From IMG/VR virus record IMGVR_UViG_3300030380_002211: a stretch of DNA of 64,000 nt. The stretch is one strand, 5' to 3'. Below, piece after piece: positions 1 to 9,329 of this stretch. The translations under genes were made by a program, and so were the position numbers. This DNA is from an uncultured virus (IMG/VR IMGVR_UViG_3300030380_002211). Its lineage: Duplodnaviria; Heunggongvirae; Uroviricota; Caudoviricetes. The stretch's first letter is position 1. Each line of letters opens with the position of its first letter. Below the pieces are notes generated by a model. The model was not told the DNA's origin and made no database searches. It was given only the letters and a program-made list of their open reading frames with translations.

Positions 1-416
1 ACGGCCAGCTGTTATAAACGAGCATTTACAAGGACCTCTATTAGCAGGTCTCTTCTATACTCTTCTCTTGTTCTACTCATTCGAATCCCCTTGCCTACTG
101 CGCTTTTCGAACCTACGCTTTTTTGTAGGATTATGTTGATATTCTCTTGGTACTTCACCATACCCTACTGTTCTATCCCAATCTCTTTGTGTATATTTGT
201 TATTAATCACACGAAATATTTTAGATATCCTCATATATGCGACCTAGTGAATCCATATGAAATAGATTAATATAAGCAGGTAGATTGTTACTTCTGTATA
301 CATTGTAGCATTGTATGTGTCTATCTCTTTCAGCCTACTTGTGATATACTTTTTTAGGGATATTGTACCATACTTTTTCAATATGATGCGATGGTTTATA
401 TATTCTCTTATACTCA

Positions 417-584
417 TCATTGGTCAAATAGCATCCTTTCTATTATACGTCTTTGTTTTTCTATTTCTTCTCTTTGTTTCTCTATCTGCTCTCTTTGTTC
501 TTCTACTGTAATTGGTGCGAAGCCACCTTGTAACCTGTTGTTTCGTTTCTTTCGATATTCTTCGAGTATTATGATGTTGCTCAT
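417..584 (-). CDS. small hypothetical protein (55 aa, coiled-coil like)
   Basis: Manually translated MSNIIILEEYRKKRNN...ERMLFDQ*; TATAAATA late promoter 5 nt upstream; not in ORF track. Confidence 0.6.
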   Translation of the reverse strand: MSNIIILEEYRKKRNNRLQGGFAPITVEEQREQIEKQREEIEKQRRIIERMLFDQ

Positions 585-637
585 ACTGCTATTTATACGG
601 TGAGGAAAAATCTTCTAAAAACTGAGGGACTGCGAGG

Positions 638-1051
638 TTAATATGAGTAATATGGGGCGACTTCTGAGTTTTCGTCATCTACGCCTTCTACTCGTATGAC
701 TTCGGGTATATAATGCTTTAACATACCTTCGATACCATTCTTTAATGTAAGAGTAGATGATGCACAACCACTACATGAACCAGACATAAACATAGTTACA
801 ATACCCTCTTCGTATGAATGTAATGTGACGACACCACCATGCATTGCGACAGCAGGTTGTATCTGACTTTTGATAAGGAACTCTATCTCTTCTATGATTG
901 TTTCTTTCGTTCGTCCTTTATTAACTCTTGACTCGCTTCCATCTTGTTGAGTATCGGATTGAATCTCTGTGACGGCACCCACTTCGTTGGTCCTGTCATT
1001 ATCAATGGACTTCTCTTGTCCTGAACTATTCGATTTCTTTTCTCTTTCCAT
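638..1051 (-). CDS. nfuA: NifU C-terminal/NfuA-type Fe-S carrier
   Basis: IQPAVAMHGG...SGSCSGCASSTLTLKNGIE motif (CxxC) of the Nfu domain; low-complexity N-terminal extension, start uncertain. Confidence 0.85.
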   Translation of the reverse strand: MEREKKSNSSGQEKSIDNDRTNEVGAVTEIQSDTQQDGSESRVNKGRTKETIIEEIEFLIKSQIQPAVAMHGGVVTLHSYEEGIVTMFMSGSCSGCASSTLTLKNGIEGMLKHYIPEVIRVEGVDDENSEVAPYYSY

Positions 1052-1060
1052 GTGTTACTC

Positions 1061-1354
1061 CTAAACTGCAAAACTCTCACCACAACCACATGAAGCGGTT
1101 GCATTTGGATTCACTATCTTGAGGTATGAACCACCAAGTTCTTTTACATAATCTACAGTACAACCAATTATATACATCTCTGCGACCGGGTCAATGTGTA
1201 GATTGCCTACATGTGGTTCTTTGTCTGTAGTCTCCCATACATATGAAAACCCACTACAACCCCCAGCATTGATTGATAAGTAGACATTTGGATTGCCTAC
1301 TGTTGCTAGATATTCTCTTGCTGAGTCTGTTAGATTTACTATTTCCCTAGGCAT
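1061..1354 (-). CDS. iscA: A-type Fe-S carrier (IscA/HesB/ErpA family)
   Basis: GGCSGFSY and CGCGESF motifs. Confidence 0.92.
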   Translation of the reverse strand: MPREIVNLTDSAREYLATVGNPNVYLSINAGGCSGFSYVWETTDKEPHVGNLHIDPVAEMYIIGCTVDYVKELGGSYLKIVNPNATASCGCGESFAV

Positions 1355-1430
1355 TTAGTCACCAATAGACAATAGAAACACCATGCCCATAATAGTGCTA
1401 CTAATATTATATACTCCATATTCGCCTCCG

Positions 1431-3137
1431 TTAAAAAAATCTGTTCTTAAATTTGCGTAATCTATTTACTTTTGCCTTGATTTCATTTGCTTTATTTCTA
1501 ATTGAACCTGCTTTATTTCTATACGACTCGCCAGTTCGTATGATACTATTCGCTTTTCCTTTGACAGTTGCCAGGTGACTAGAAATTACAGCACCGTATT
1601 TGTTGACGTGATTGTTAAAATCGTTCAATATTTTAGGTACTGGCATCTTATCATGTATCAATGTTGAGAACTTTCCTACAGTAGAACCAACTGGCATTTT
1701 GTAACCACCTTGACCTGGTAGTCTTTCTCGTAAACTGTCTTTCTTACACTCAAAGACCATCTTATAGTCTTGTTTTGTAACTCTGTGTCTTATTTTTGTA
1801 ATCATATATCGACCACTATATTGTGGGTCATACTGTTTACCATCAGGTGTAAGACCTTCTTGGTCTACTGGTCGTAACTCAAAATGTATTACTTCACCAG
1901 GTTGTATGAATGATTGTCCAGGTACAGTCATTTCAAGTGTTGTACCTGCGTTTATCTCTTGACGTGCACCATTTCGTATACCATCAAATATCCCGTCAAG
2001 TTGTGCTTCTACACCATAACTACCTGTTGGTTCATCATGTAGATATTGTGTTGTAGGTGATAGTGAGACCATACTATCTGGATAATCACTTACACCTTTA
2101 CCTGACCCATTTCTGTTGCTGTCAAAATCTACTGGATTACTACTTATTTGTGGGTTTTGAGCACCAAAACCATCACCATCTGCATAGTCAACGTGTATTC
2201 TTTTACCAAAGTGGTCATGATAATGATAGTCTGATTCTATATATGTTTTATCGTATATATTATAACTAATCACTTTAGAACCATATGTGCCTAATGCTTG
2301 AGCAGCGGCTACATCATGAAAGTTATTAATAAATCTGTATGATTCTACTGATTTAAGGTCTTGTAATAATTTATCCTCTTCTGAATCATTATCAGTAATA
2401 TTTCTTGGTTGATAGTAATATGTTTCAACTGCTGCTTTTTCTTTATAGCTTGTAGCGCACATATTCTCCCATGATTGAAAATAGAAACCTTTTGTTGTTT
2501 CATAGAAATAATAACCTACGCCTTGACCATACTTTGGTAATGCTTTCTTTGCTATCATTTCTATTGCTTTAAAAGGAGATACATTTGGCATAACAAACTT
2601 ATCTTGATTTCTTGTTTCTTCAATGTATAATTGTTTACGAGTATCAAGACCTTCTTTGTCTCCACAAATTTGTGCAACCATATCTGACAATTTACCAGAG
2701 TATGCTTGACTTACTTTTGTTCTTATGTTACGCATGAACTCACGACTTGCAAAATGTAATGTATATACTAGTGTTCCTTGTTTTGCTTGTTGTTTATTTG
2801 ATACTTTGTACACATGAAAAGGGTGACCTGTTTGTTCACTTGCGTCAATAACATGTGCTATGTTTGATGAACCTGGTGTAGATAGTTTAAAAAATAGTCT
2901 TTCTGTGCCTTGTATTGGTAGATTACCAATTATATTTGTTGAGTCAACCATTACTAGCGTACCGTATACTGCTGTTTGCGTAATACCCTCATAGACATTT
3001 AACTCTTGCACTTGTTCCATTATATCAACACCACCTTCACCAAATATACCACCTGTGCCATCGTGTGCTTGTAGTATGATGCCGTTTAAATTATAATCGC
3101 CTGCAAAATCGTAACTATCGTTATGCTTACTGCCCAT
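1431..3137 (-). CDS. T4-like baseplate hub/tail protein (gp27/late control D-like)
   Basis: Follows gp53; GYYFYETTKGFYF and YSGRYMITKIRH motifs typical of T4-like hub proteins. Confidence 0.6.
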   Translation of the reverse strand: MGSKHNDSYDFAGDYNLNGIILQAHDGTGGIFGEGGVDIMEQVQELNVYEGITQTAVYGTLVMVDSTNIIGNLPIQGTERLFFKLSTPGSSNIAHVIDASEQTGHPFHVYKVSNKQQAKQGTLVYTLHFASREFMRNIRTKVSQAYSGKLSDMVAQICGDKEGLDTRKQLYIEETRNQDKFVMPNVSPFKAIEMIAKKALPKYGQGVGYYFYETTKGFYFQSWENMCATSYKEKAAVETYYYQPRNITDNDSEEDKLLQDLKSVESYRFINNFHDVAAAQALGTYGSKVISYNIYDKTYIESDYHYHDHFGKRIHVDYADGDGFGAQNPQISSNPVDFDSNRNGSGKGVSDYPDSMVSLSPTTQYLHDEPTGSYGVEAQLDGIFDGIRNGARQEINAGTTLEMTVPGQSFIQPGEVIHFELRPVDQEGLTPDGKQYDPQYSGRYMITKIRHRVTKQDYKMVFECKKDSLRERLPGQGGYKMPVGSTVGKFSTLIHDKMPVPKILNDFNNHVNKYGAVISSHLATVKGKANSIIRTGESYRNKAGSIRNKANEIKAKVNRLRKFKNRFF

Positions 3138-3147
3138 AATTTATATC

Positions 3148-3687
3148 CTAAAATCTGTTCTTCTTTATCAATGCAAAAAATTCTTCTGTAAATGCGTTAA
3201 GGTATCTTTCATCTAACAGTCTTATTTGTCTTAAATCGTCTTGTTTTCTTTCTTCAAATTGTCTATTTGTGATTGGTGTCGCATTGTCTGTATCAGAATT
3301 GACCTCTAACATATGTGAGTTGTCAGGCGATGATGTTGCACCACTCGTCTGCGCCAGTTCATAATGATGAATTGCATCTTCACTACCTGCCCCGTATTTG
3401 TCTGTAAGAAAATCTGCAAAGTCTGGTTCTGTCATTGGCCATTCATAATATCTATCAGTAATATCATTTACCATTAATACAACCCAATGAAATTGTGCGT
3501 CACCATAATATTTAAATGCGACATCTTCTGGATTCTCACCTTCTTTTACGTTGTACTTGTCAAATACAAATCGACTAGCAGAAAGACCAGAACGCATCTT
3601 TACTCTTTTCAGTATGTCTGGTAGTAGTTTAAAGTTGTCGTTACCTTTGATATCGTAAACCATCAATGGAAATTTATTAAAATACAT
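3148..3687 (-). CDS. gp53: baseplate wedge protein gp53
   Basis: MYFNKFP start, LysM-like GENPEDVAFKYYGD..HWVVLMVN, EWPM, IHHYE. Confidence 0.88.
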   Translation of the reverse strand: MYFNKFPLMVYDIKGNDNFKLLPDILKRVKMRSGLSASRFVFDKYNVKEGENPEDVAFKYYGDAQFHWVVLMVNDITDRYYEWPMTEPDFADFLTDKYGAGSEDAIHHYELAQTSGATSSPDNSHMLEVNSDTDNATPITNRQFEERKQDDLRQIRLLDERYLNAFTEEFFALIKKNRF

Positions 3688-3977
3688 TACTTAATTACCT
3701 TTTTTAACCATAGATACAGAGCGTAACAAGTAAACAAATATATCGTTGCGACTCCTACATCTAAAATGTGTTCTCTCATATGGTATATAAACTCTATACC
3801 TGCCTGTAAGTCACCTTGAGCTGCTCCTGCGTTCTCTGTTATTGTAATTGACTGCCCTTCAAACCCGTTAAATGCGCCTTCTTCAAATACTATTTCACCA
3901 TCTTCCATATGGTCTTCGTATGGGTCATGTGGATTATCCACACTATTTACACTTTTGTTTATGTTTATATCATCCAT
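3687..3977 (-). CDS. hypothetical protein with C-terminal TM helix
   Basis: Tightly packed between gp48 and gp53; hydrophobic C-terminus. Confidence 0.6.
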   Translation of the reverse strand: MDDININKSVNSVDNPHDPYEDHMEDGEIVFEEGAFNGFEGQSITITENAGAAQGDLQAGIEFIYHMREHILDVGVATIYLFTCYALYLWLKKVIK

Positions 3978-3978
3978 A

Positions 3979-5211
3979 TTAGAATCCTTCTGTTATTCTC
4001 TCTTTTGTTAATAGTTCTGTTTCTTGGAATGATAATGACATTGTAATTTTTGTTGGTGCACCACCTTCAAATGACTTAACACCATCAGGTGTATAGTTTA
4101 CCTCAACATTAGTACATACACATGTCGCAATTTTATTATAATAATCATTCTCACTTGCCTGACCTGATTGGTCTTGATACATGTAATGTATATCAAACTC
4201 TGATGGTAGTGTTAAAAATCTATTGTTTTTACTTTTTAACTCAGGTGCCATATGAAATCTAAACAGTTGTATAATCTTTTGTACGTCTTCTGTTTCTTCT
4301 CTATTCTTCGGTGCAAATGTAAAGTTGTATGTAAATGTTCTTAAATTCATAGCATCAAACAATACTTCCATATAAGGATTATCTGCCTGACCAAATGCTT
4401 TATTGATAAGGCCTCTTGTACCCTCTGTACCAGTTATTGCTTCTGTTATTTCTGCTGTTGCTCTTGCAGCCGCTTCACCGACTATATTTTTAGCTGCATT
4501 AACTATTCCTTTTGCAGCCGCTTCGTAATCTTGTTTACCCATATTCTTAACAACGTCAAATGCTCCCGCAGCCGCTGCCCCTACTACACCTGTAGCCGCA
4601 CCAGTATATGCTGCTGATGTACTGTCTGTTACGTTAGGTGGTAAATATATTGCGACCGAGTCTGTAATTCTTGTTGTTGTCTTATGATAACTAGATAACC
4701 CACTACCTCTTGGTCTCTGAGGTGCTAATTCTTTAACATCTGAGTTTACTTTTGAACCTAATGTATTATCAAAATAACTTGATGTTCCAGAGATAATTGA
4801 AGCACCTTTCTCAGCAACTGTGTGAAATACTGCTGGTGTTTTTAAGTGTCTTCCTCCAGGCCCGTCTCCTTCAACTAAAGGTATATCTTCATATACTGCT
4901 GGGGTCTTTAATTTTTTAACAAATTTTGTACCACCAACTTTTACGCCTTCAGCATTATTATAAACATATTTTGTATTATCTTGAACATTGACATAGAATA
5001 ACATATAGTGACCAATACCACCAGTACTTGTCAAGTCTCTAGGATATTGTATAGACGAGTAAGCAAATGGGTCATGGTCTAATTTAGACGTAGGACTTTC
5101 TTCGTTAATACCGATAGCACTTTTTCGTAATATAGGTGTAGTCTTACCTGTATTACCGCCACCAAAGATATTGGTCTTTAAACCGTTTAATGCGTTAAAT
5201 AGATTTCCCAT
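3979..5211 (-). CDS. gp48: baseplate tail-tube cap gp48
   Basis: NPYMEVLF..LRTFTYNFTFAPKN..E, VNYTPDG, LSFQETELLT motifs; divergent from gp4. Confidence 0.85.
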   Translation of the reverse strand: MGNLFNALNGLKTNIFGGGNTGKTTPILRKSAIGINEESPTSKLDHDPFAYSSIQYPRDLTSTGGIGHYMLFYVNVQDNTKYVYNNAEGVKVGGTKFVKKLKTPAVYEDIPLVEGDGPGGRHLKTPAVFHTVAEKGASIISGTSSYFDNTLGSKVNSDVKELAPQRPRGSGLSSYHKTTTRITDSVAIYLPPNVTDSTSAAYTGAATGVVGAAAAGAFDVVKNMGKQDYEAAAKGIVNAAKNIVGEAAARATAEITEAITGTEGTRGLINKAFGQADNPYMEVLFDAMNLRTFTYNFTFAPKNREETEDVQKIIQLFRFHMAPELKSKNNRFLTLPSEFDIHYMYQDQSGQASENDYYNKIATCVCTNVEVNYTPDGVKSFEGGAPTKITMSLSFQETELLTKERITEGF

Positions 5212-5723
5212 TGTGTCCTTTGATAAATAGTTCTTTTAATTGTAATATAACTATTTATATGGATATGTCAGAAAGAAGACAGAAATACAAGGGTAAATTT
5301 ACACCAGATAACCCTCAAAAATATGCAGGTGATTGTAATAATATCATCTATCGTTCTATGTGGGAAAGAAGATGTATGAAATACTTTGATAATAATCCAA
5401 ACATATTACAATGGGCAAGTGAAGAAGTTGTCATACCATACTATGATACTGCTACTAGAAAAGTACGAAGATACTTTCCTGATTTTCTCATCAAGATAAA
5501 AGATAAGAATGGTAATGAAAGAACTCATCTTATAGAAGTTAAACCATCAAAAGATATGAGACCGCCTGTCGGTGGCAAAGGTAAAAAGAAATCTACTGTA
5601 CTATATGAAATGAAAACTTATCAAATGAATCGAGATAAATTTGCTTCTGCTCGTAAATGGTGCGATGCTAGAAATATTATCTTTGATATCTGGACTGAAA
5701 AACATTTACAACAAAAAGGTTAA
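5211..5723 (+). CDS. gp4: head completion nuclease gp4 (TnsA-like); true start probably ~5259-5265
   Basis: YKGKFTP.NP.KY.GD..IIYRSMWE, WASEE, RRYFPDF, IEVKP. Confidence 0.92.
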   Translation: MCPLINSSFNCNITIYMDMSERRQKYKGKFTPDNPQKYAGDCNNIIYRSMWERRCMKYFDNNPNILQWASEEVVIPYYDTATRKVRRYFPDFLIKIKDKNGNERTHLIEVKPSKDMRPPVGGKGKKKSTVLYEMKTYQMNRDKFASARKWCDARNIIFDIWTEKHLQQKG

Positions 5724-5727
5724 AATC

Positions 5728-5806
5728 GTCTAAAATTAGGGGGTACAATCATACACGAACAGCTTGGAAAGCCGCCTAGCGGGCGGCTATGAGACGGCAA
5801 TTCCAT
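5728..5806 (+). repeat. dispersed ~75 bp GC-rich intergenic element, copy 1
   Basis: GTCTAAAATTAGGGGGTACAATCATACACGAACAGCT...GCCGCCTAGCGGGCGGCTATGAGACGGCAATTCCAT; near-identical copies at 27845-27916 (-) and 58995-59073 (+). Confidence 0.92.
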
Positions 5807-5810
5807 CGGT

Positions 5811-5903
5811 TTACTTGCAACAGCACGTATCCTTGCAACATTCACAAGTTTTCTCTTCACAACATGTATATGGTGGTTTACACTTACATTTTACTTCTGT
5901 CAT
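5811..5903 (-). CDS. Cys-rich metallothionein-like microprotein (30 aa, 10 Cys)
   Basis: Manual translation MTEVKCKCKPPYTCCEEKTCECCKDTCCCK*; AAGGAG RBS 6 nt upstream; directly after iscU. Confidence 0.7.
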   Translation of the reverse strand: MTEVKCKCKPPYTCCEEKTCECCKDTCCCK

Positions 5904-5919
5904 AACATTCTCCTTATTA

Positions 5920-6306
5920 TTATTCTTTACAACATTTGTTTTCATAATCTTTGACTGCGGCCCTAATTGCATCTTCAGCTAAAACTGAACAATGTATCTT
6001 AACTGGTGGTAAAGCAAGGTCTTCTGCAATATCACTATTTTTAATTTCTTTTACTTCGTCTAAGTTTTTACCTTTTACTAATTCAGTTACTAGACTTGAA
6101 CTGGCAATAGCACTACCACACCCATAAGTCTTAAATTTAGCATCTTGTATGATACCATCATCGCCTACCTTAATTTGTAGTTTCATGACATCACCACATG
6201 CAGGTGCACCAACCATGCCAGTGCCTACATTTTTGTCATTTTTGTCTAGTGAACCAACATTACGAGGGTTTTCGTAGTGGTCTAATACTTTATCGCTGTA
6301 TGCCAT
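5920..6306 (-). CDS. iscU: Fe-S scaffold protein IscU
   Basis: MAYSDKVLDHYENPRNVG, GAPACGDVM, GCGSAIAS, LPPVKIHCS. Confidence 0.97.
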   Translation of the reverse strand: MAYSDKVLDHYENPRNVGSLDKNDKNVGTGMVGAPACGDVMKLQIKVGDDGIIQDAKFKTYGCGSAIASSSLVTELVKGKNLDEVKEIKNSDIAEDLALPPVKIHCSVLAEDAIRAAVKDYENKCCKE

Positions 6307-6315
6307 ATATGTGTT

Positions 6316-8076
6316 TTAAAGGGGTCCGTATCCCAATTGTGCTAATGATTTTGCTGTTTCATCTGTTCCTGAGACAGCAAGGCCTATTGAACTTGTTACA
6401 TTATTAGATGTATTACTTGTATTTGAAGCATCTGTATTATTAATTGTTGTAACAACAGTTCCAGCACCTTGTTTTTCTTGTAATTCAAATGCCTTTCTAG
6501 CAATGTCAGATTGTATCATTGCTTCTTCATACAATAACGATAATAAATCTGCATTTCTTGACTCTAATGCAACGATTTTATCGTCTGCTGTACTACCATC
6601 AGCTAATAATGCACTTTCATCCATTTTCTGTAACTGTTCTATTTTTGCTTCGTTATCTTTTATTTCTTCTCTTCTTTCTTGTTCGATAAGTCTGACTTCT
6701 GCATTGGCTTCAGGATCCGCTTCATCAGGTAGTTTTGGTCTATCGTTATTTTTATTTGATACTTCATCATACACTCGTTTAAATGCTTCCATAGGTGACT
6801 CGCCACCAGGGAACGCAGCCTTAACAGCGGCAATTGAACCTAATGCGATAGCCTTTAAAACTCTACCTATTGATTTACCTATGTCAACAAACTTACCAAG
6901 AACTGCTTTAAAATCTATGTCAAATAAACCTAGTACAAAGTCTTTTGCTTTTAATACTAAATTCTTGACACCATCTTTAATAAAATCTACTATACTAAAC
7001 TCTTTTAATTTTTTTGCAATACCTTCAAATCCTAGTTTCTCTGCTACCCAAGCAACAAAGTTTTTAATTAGTGTAATTGGTAATGTTACTAGAGTTAATA
7101 GTGCTGTTGATACACCTTCAATGATTGCGACCAACATACTATCACCTTCAGCAAGTGAGTCTTTGAATTCTTGTATACCTGCTTTGATTGATACAAAAAT
7201 TGCTACTGCGGCCGCAACTGCGGCTACAATTAAAGCAATAGGAACTGCGAACGGTGCCATAAATCCTGCTATTGTTGGTATCAATGTGGCCATCATAAAT
7301 GTTCTCATAGCAGTAAATGCTGTACCTAGACTAGTTATTGCTTTCATAAGAAACCCTTTTGCTCCACCGTATGATGATGCAAGTGCAGGTATCATTTTTG
7401 TCATCATAAATGTTCTCATTGCTTGAAAACCAGTTTTTAATTTATCAAACGCCCCCATAACTAAATTTTTACCACCTGTGTAGGCAGTTTTTATTAGACC
7501 AGGCATCTTATTAACAGCAGTTACCATACCTTTAAATCCAAGTTTTAATCCATCAAAGGCAAGACCTAAAGTTGTTGTTACAATTTTCGTTAATGTTTTA
7601 GGAAACATTATAGCTGCTAAACCAGCCATACCGACACCTATTCTACCGTTTGGACTTAGACTGTCATAAAATTCTTTACCAAACTTTAAAACAGGTTCTA
7701 ACGCAGCCGCTATCTCATCACCATATCTAAATAATGCTGAAAGACCTACTAACATAAGTGCTAAACCTACTTTAGGTCCTATCTCAGGTCTCTCAAATTC
7801 AGGCAAAGCAAATCCATCATTACCTTGACTATCTGTCTCATCTATAGCAGGTATGTCTGCGTCTGAAATACCTTGGTCTCTCATATCAGCACCACTTGGT
7901 TTTGCTAACTCTACTAACATATTAAGACTATCTCTCATTTCTTCAAAGATTGCTCTTAATGATTCTACAGCATTCATTCTTTCAGGTTCTATAGTTGCCA
8001 TTGAAGACGAACCGCTATAGTCAGGTAATACCATAACTTCTGTATTCATAGTTCCTGTTGTTAGAGCTTTTTCCAT
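6316..8076 (-). CDS. tail length tape measure protein (gp29-like)
   Basis: Long amphipathic Ala/Gly-rich helical repeats, S/T/N-rich C-terminus, position downstream of gp26. Confidence 0.7.
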   Translation of the reverse strand: MEKALTTGTMNTEVMVLPDYSGSSSMATIEPERMNAVESLRAIFEEMRDSLNMLVELAKPSGADMRDQGISDADIPAIDETDSQGNDGFALPEFERPEIGPKVGLALMLVGLSALFRYGDEIAAALEPVLKFGKEFYDSLSPNGRIGVGMAGLAAIMFPKTLTKIVTTTLGLAFDGLKLGFKGMVTAVNKMPGLIKTAYTGGKNLVMGAFDKLKTGFQAMRTFMMTKMIPALASSYGGAKGFLMKAITSLGTAFTAMRTFMMATLIPTIAGFMAPFAVPIALIVAAVAAAVAIFVSIKAGIQEFKDSLAEGDSMLVAIIEGVSTALLTLVTLPITLIKNFVAWVAEKLGFEGIAKKLKEFSIVDFIKDGVKNLVLKAKDFVLGLFDIDFKAVLGKFVDIGKSIGRVLKAIALGSIAAVKAAFPGGESPMEAFKRVYDEVSNKNNDRPKLPDEADPEANAEVRLIEQERREEIKDNEAKIEQLQKMDESALLADGSTADDKIVALESRNADLLSLLYEEAMIQSDIARKAFELQEKQGAGTVVTTINNTDASNTSNTSNNVTSSIGLAVSGTDETAKSLAQLGYGPL

Positions 8077-8406
8077 CTACTTCTTCCCTTTACTTGTTCC
8101 TGTATATAACCCAAACCATGCAGCCCCAGCACCAACTACAATTGATACTAAACCAGACTGTTCAAGAGTAGGTGTTGGTATATCCATAAACCATATTGTT
8201 ACTTTATATAATAGAACAATATAGACTGTTAAGAATACTCTTGGGAATATTCGCCAAGCGTCAACTGCTCTTGCTAAATGAATTAGTTTTGCATATGGAT
8301 TTACACCTAAATCTTTAACAGAAGTATCGACTTCTAAGTCTACACTAATTTTTTGTTTAGGTTCTACTACTTTAGCTTCGTATTCTGATTTTAGTTCTTC
8401 AGCCAT
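8077..8406 (-). CDS. two-TM membrane protein
   Basis: DAWRIFPR followed by two hydrophobic helices. Confidence 0.7.
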   Translation of the reverse strand: MAEELKSEYEAKVVEPKQKISVDLEVDTSVKDLGVNPYAKLIHLARAVDAWRIFPRVFLTVYIVLLYKVTIWFMDIPTPTLEQSGLVSIVVGAGAAWFGLYTGTSKGKK

Positions 8407-8539
8407 TTCTACTTGCTTCCCTTTGTTTTTGTTTTTCGTTTTCTTCTTTAATATAAGTTATTAGCATATCAACGTATACGTCCCTTTCCCACGGCATCAA
8501 ATTTTCTATCTCAGTCAAAGAATATTTATGATGTTGCAT
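8399..8539 (-). CDS. short baseplate/tail assembly protein (gp51-like); possibly C-terminal part of a gp26 frameshift product
   Basis: Manual translation MQHHKYSLTEIENLMPWERDVYVDML...; frame stays open back to the gp26 slippery site. Confidence 0.75.
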   Translation of the reverse strand: MQHHKYSLTEIENLMPWERDVYVDMLITYIKEENEKQKQREASRNG

Positions 8540-8589
8540 AAGAGAAAAATTAATTTCAAAATAATTCTCTAGGTTATTGTGTGAAAGGG

Positions 8590-9303
8590 CTATGCGAAAA
8601 AATCGTTTAGTCCAGTCAACTTAACATCACTAGTCTTCTTTGTTTTAGGATTCTTTACCTTAATTGTGTGTGTCAATTTAGGCATAGTATCGAAAAACGA
8701 CTGTAATTTTTTGAATTGACTACTATTCATTGATTCAATAAACTCAGTCAACTCTTTCTTAGTTTGGTCTTTGGCTTGATAAACCTTCTCACCTTTATCT
8801 TCGTATATCTGTAATACACAACTACCGATAACATCTAACATGTTGTTAGCATTTACCGCTTCAATACCACTTTCTAAAAATGAATCAATAGTAGGATATG
8901 TCATAATCATTCCCATGTCATCTGTTAATTCAATTTTGTTTGTGTGGTCATCGCCAACTTGTACTTCTACTTTTGTTAAATCTAATTCAACACTAGCATA
9001 AGTTTTCTTATCATCAGGACAAAGTATCTTTAATTTAGAAACTTCACCTACTGACTTTGCTCTTATATTTAAAAAGATATATTCCATGTCAAACATAGGC
9101 ATGGTAGCAACATTTAGTTTTTCAAATGTGCATGATGAAACAATGTCTTTTACTGCATTGATAATTTGAGCATTATCTTTACTTTCCATTGCCATCAATA
9201 ATATCTTTTCTTCTTTAACCAAGAACGGACGATATTTTATCTTTTCGTCTGTGCTTGGCACCTCCAACTCGTAAGTTGGGGTATTCAGTTTAGGTAGTGC
9301 CAT
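8590..9303 (-). CDS. gp26: baseplate hub assembly protein gp26
   Basis: MALPKL..PTYEL, YRPFLVKEEKILL, IRAKSVGE, FFDTMPKL, GL.DFF. Confidence 0.9.
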   Translation of the reverse strand: MALPKLNTPTYELEVPSTDEKIKYRPFLVKEEKILLMAMESKDNAQIINAVKDIVSSCTFEKLNVATMPMFDMEYIFLNIRAKSVGEVSKLKILCPDDKKTYASVELDLTKVEVQVGDDHTNKIELTDDMGMIMTYPTIDSFLESGIEAVNANNMLDVIGSCVLQIYEDKGEKVYQAKDQTKKELTEFIESMNSSQFKKLQSFFDTMPKLTHTIKVKNPKTKKTSDVKLTGLNDFFA

Positions 9304-9329
9304 TATTTAATCTCCTTTATAATATAATA

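Noticed and set aside
892..1104. Alternative minus-strand ORF overlapping iscA and nfuA
   Set aside because: No recognisable motifs; overlaps two supported genes out of frame.
5728..5806. Repeat element considered as a CRISPR repeat or rho-independent terminator
   Set aside because: Copies are tens of kb apart with no spacers, there is no U tract after the hairpin, and conservation extends well beyond the stem.
6503..7426. 307-aa plus-strand ORF and many other plus-strand ORFs in the track
   Set aside because: Antisense shadows of well-supported minus-strand genes, with Ser/Ile/Leu-biased composition and no RBS or motifs.
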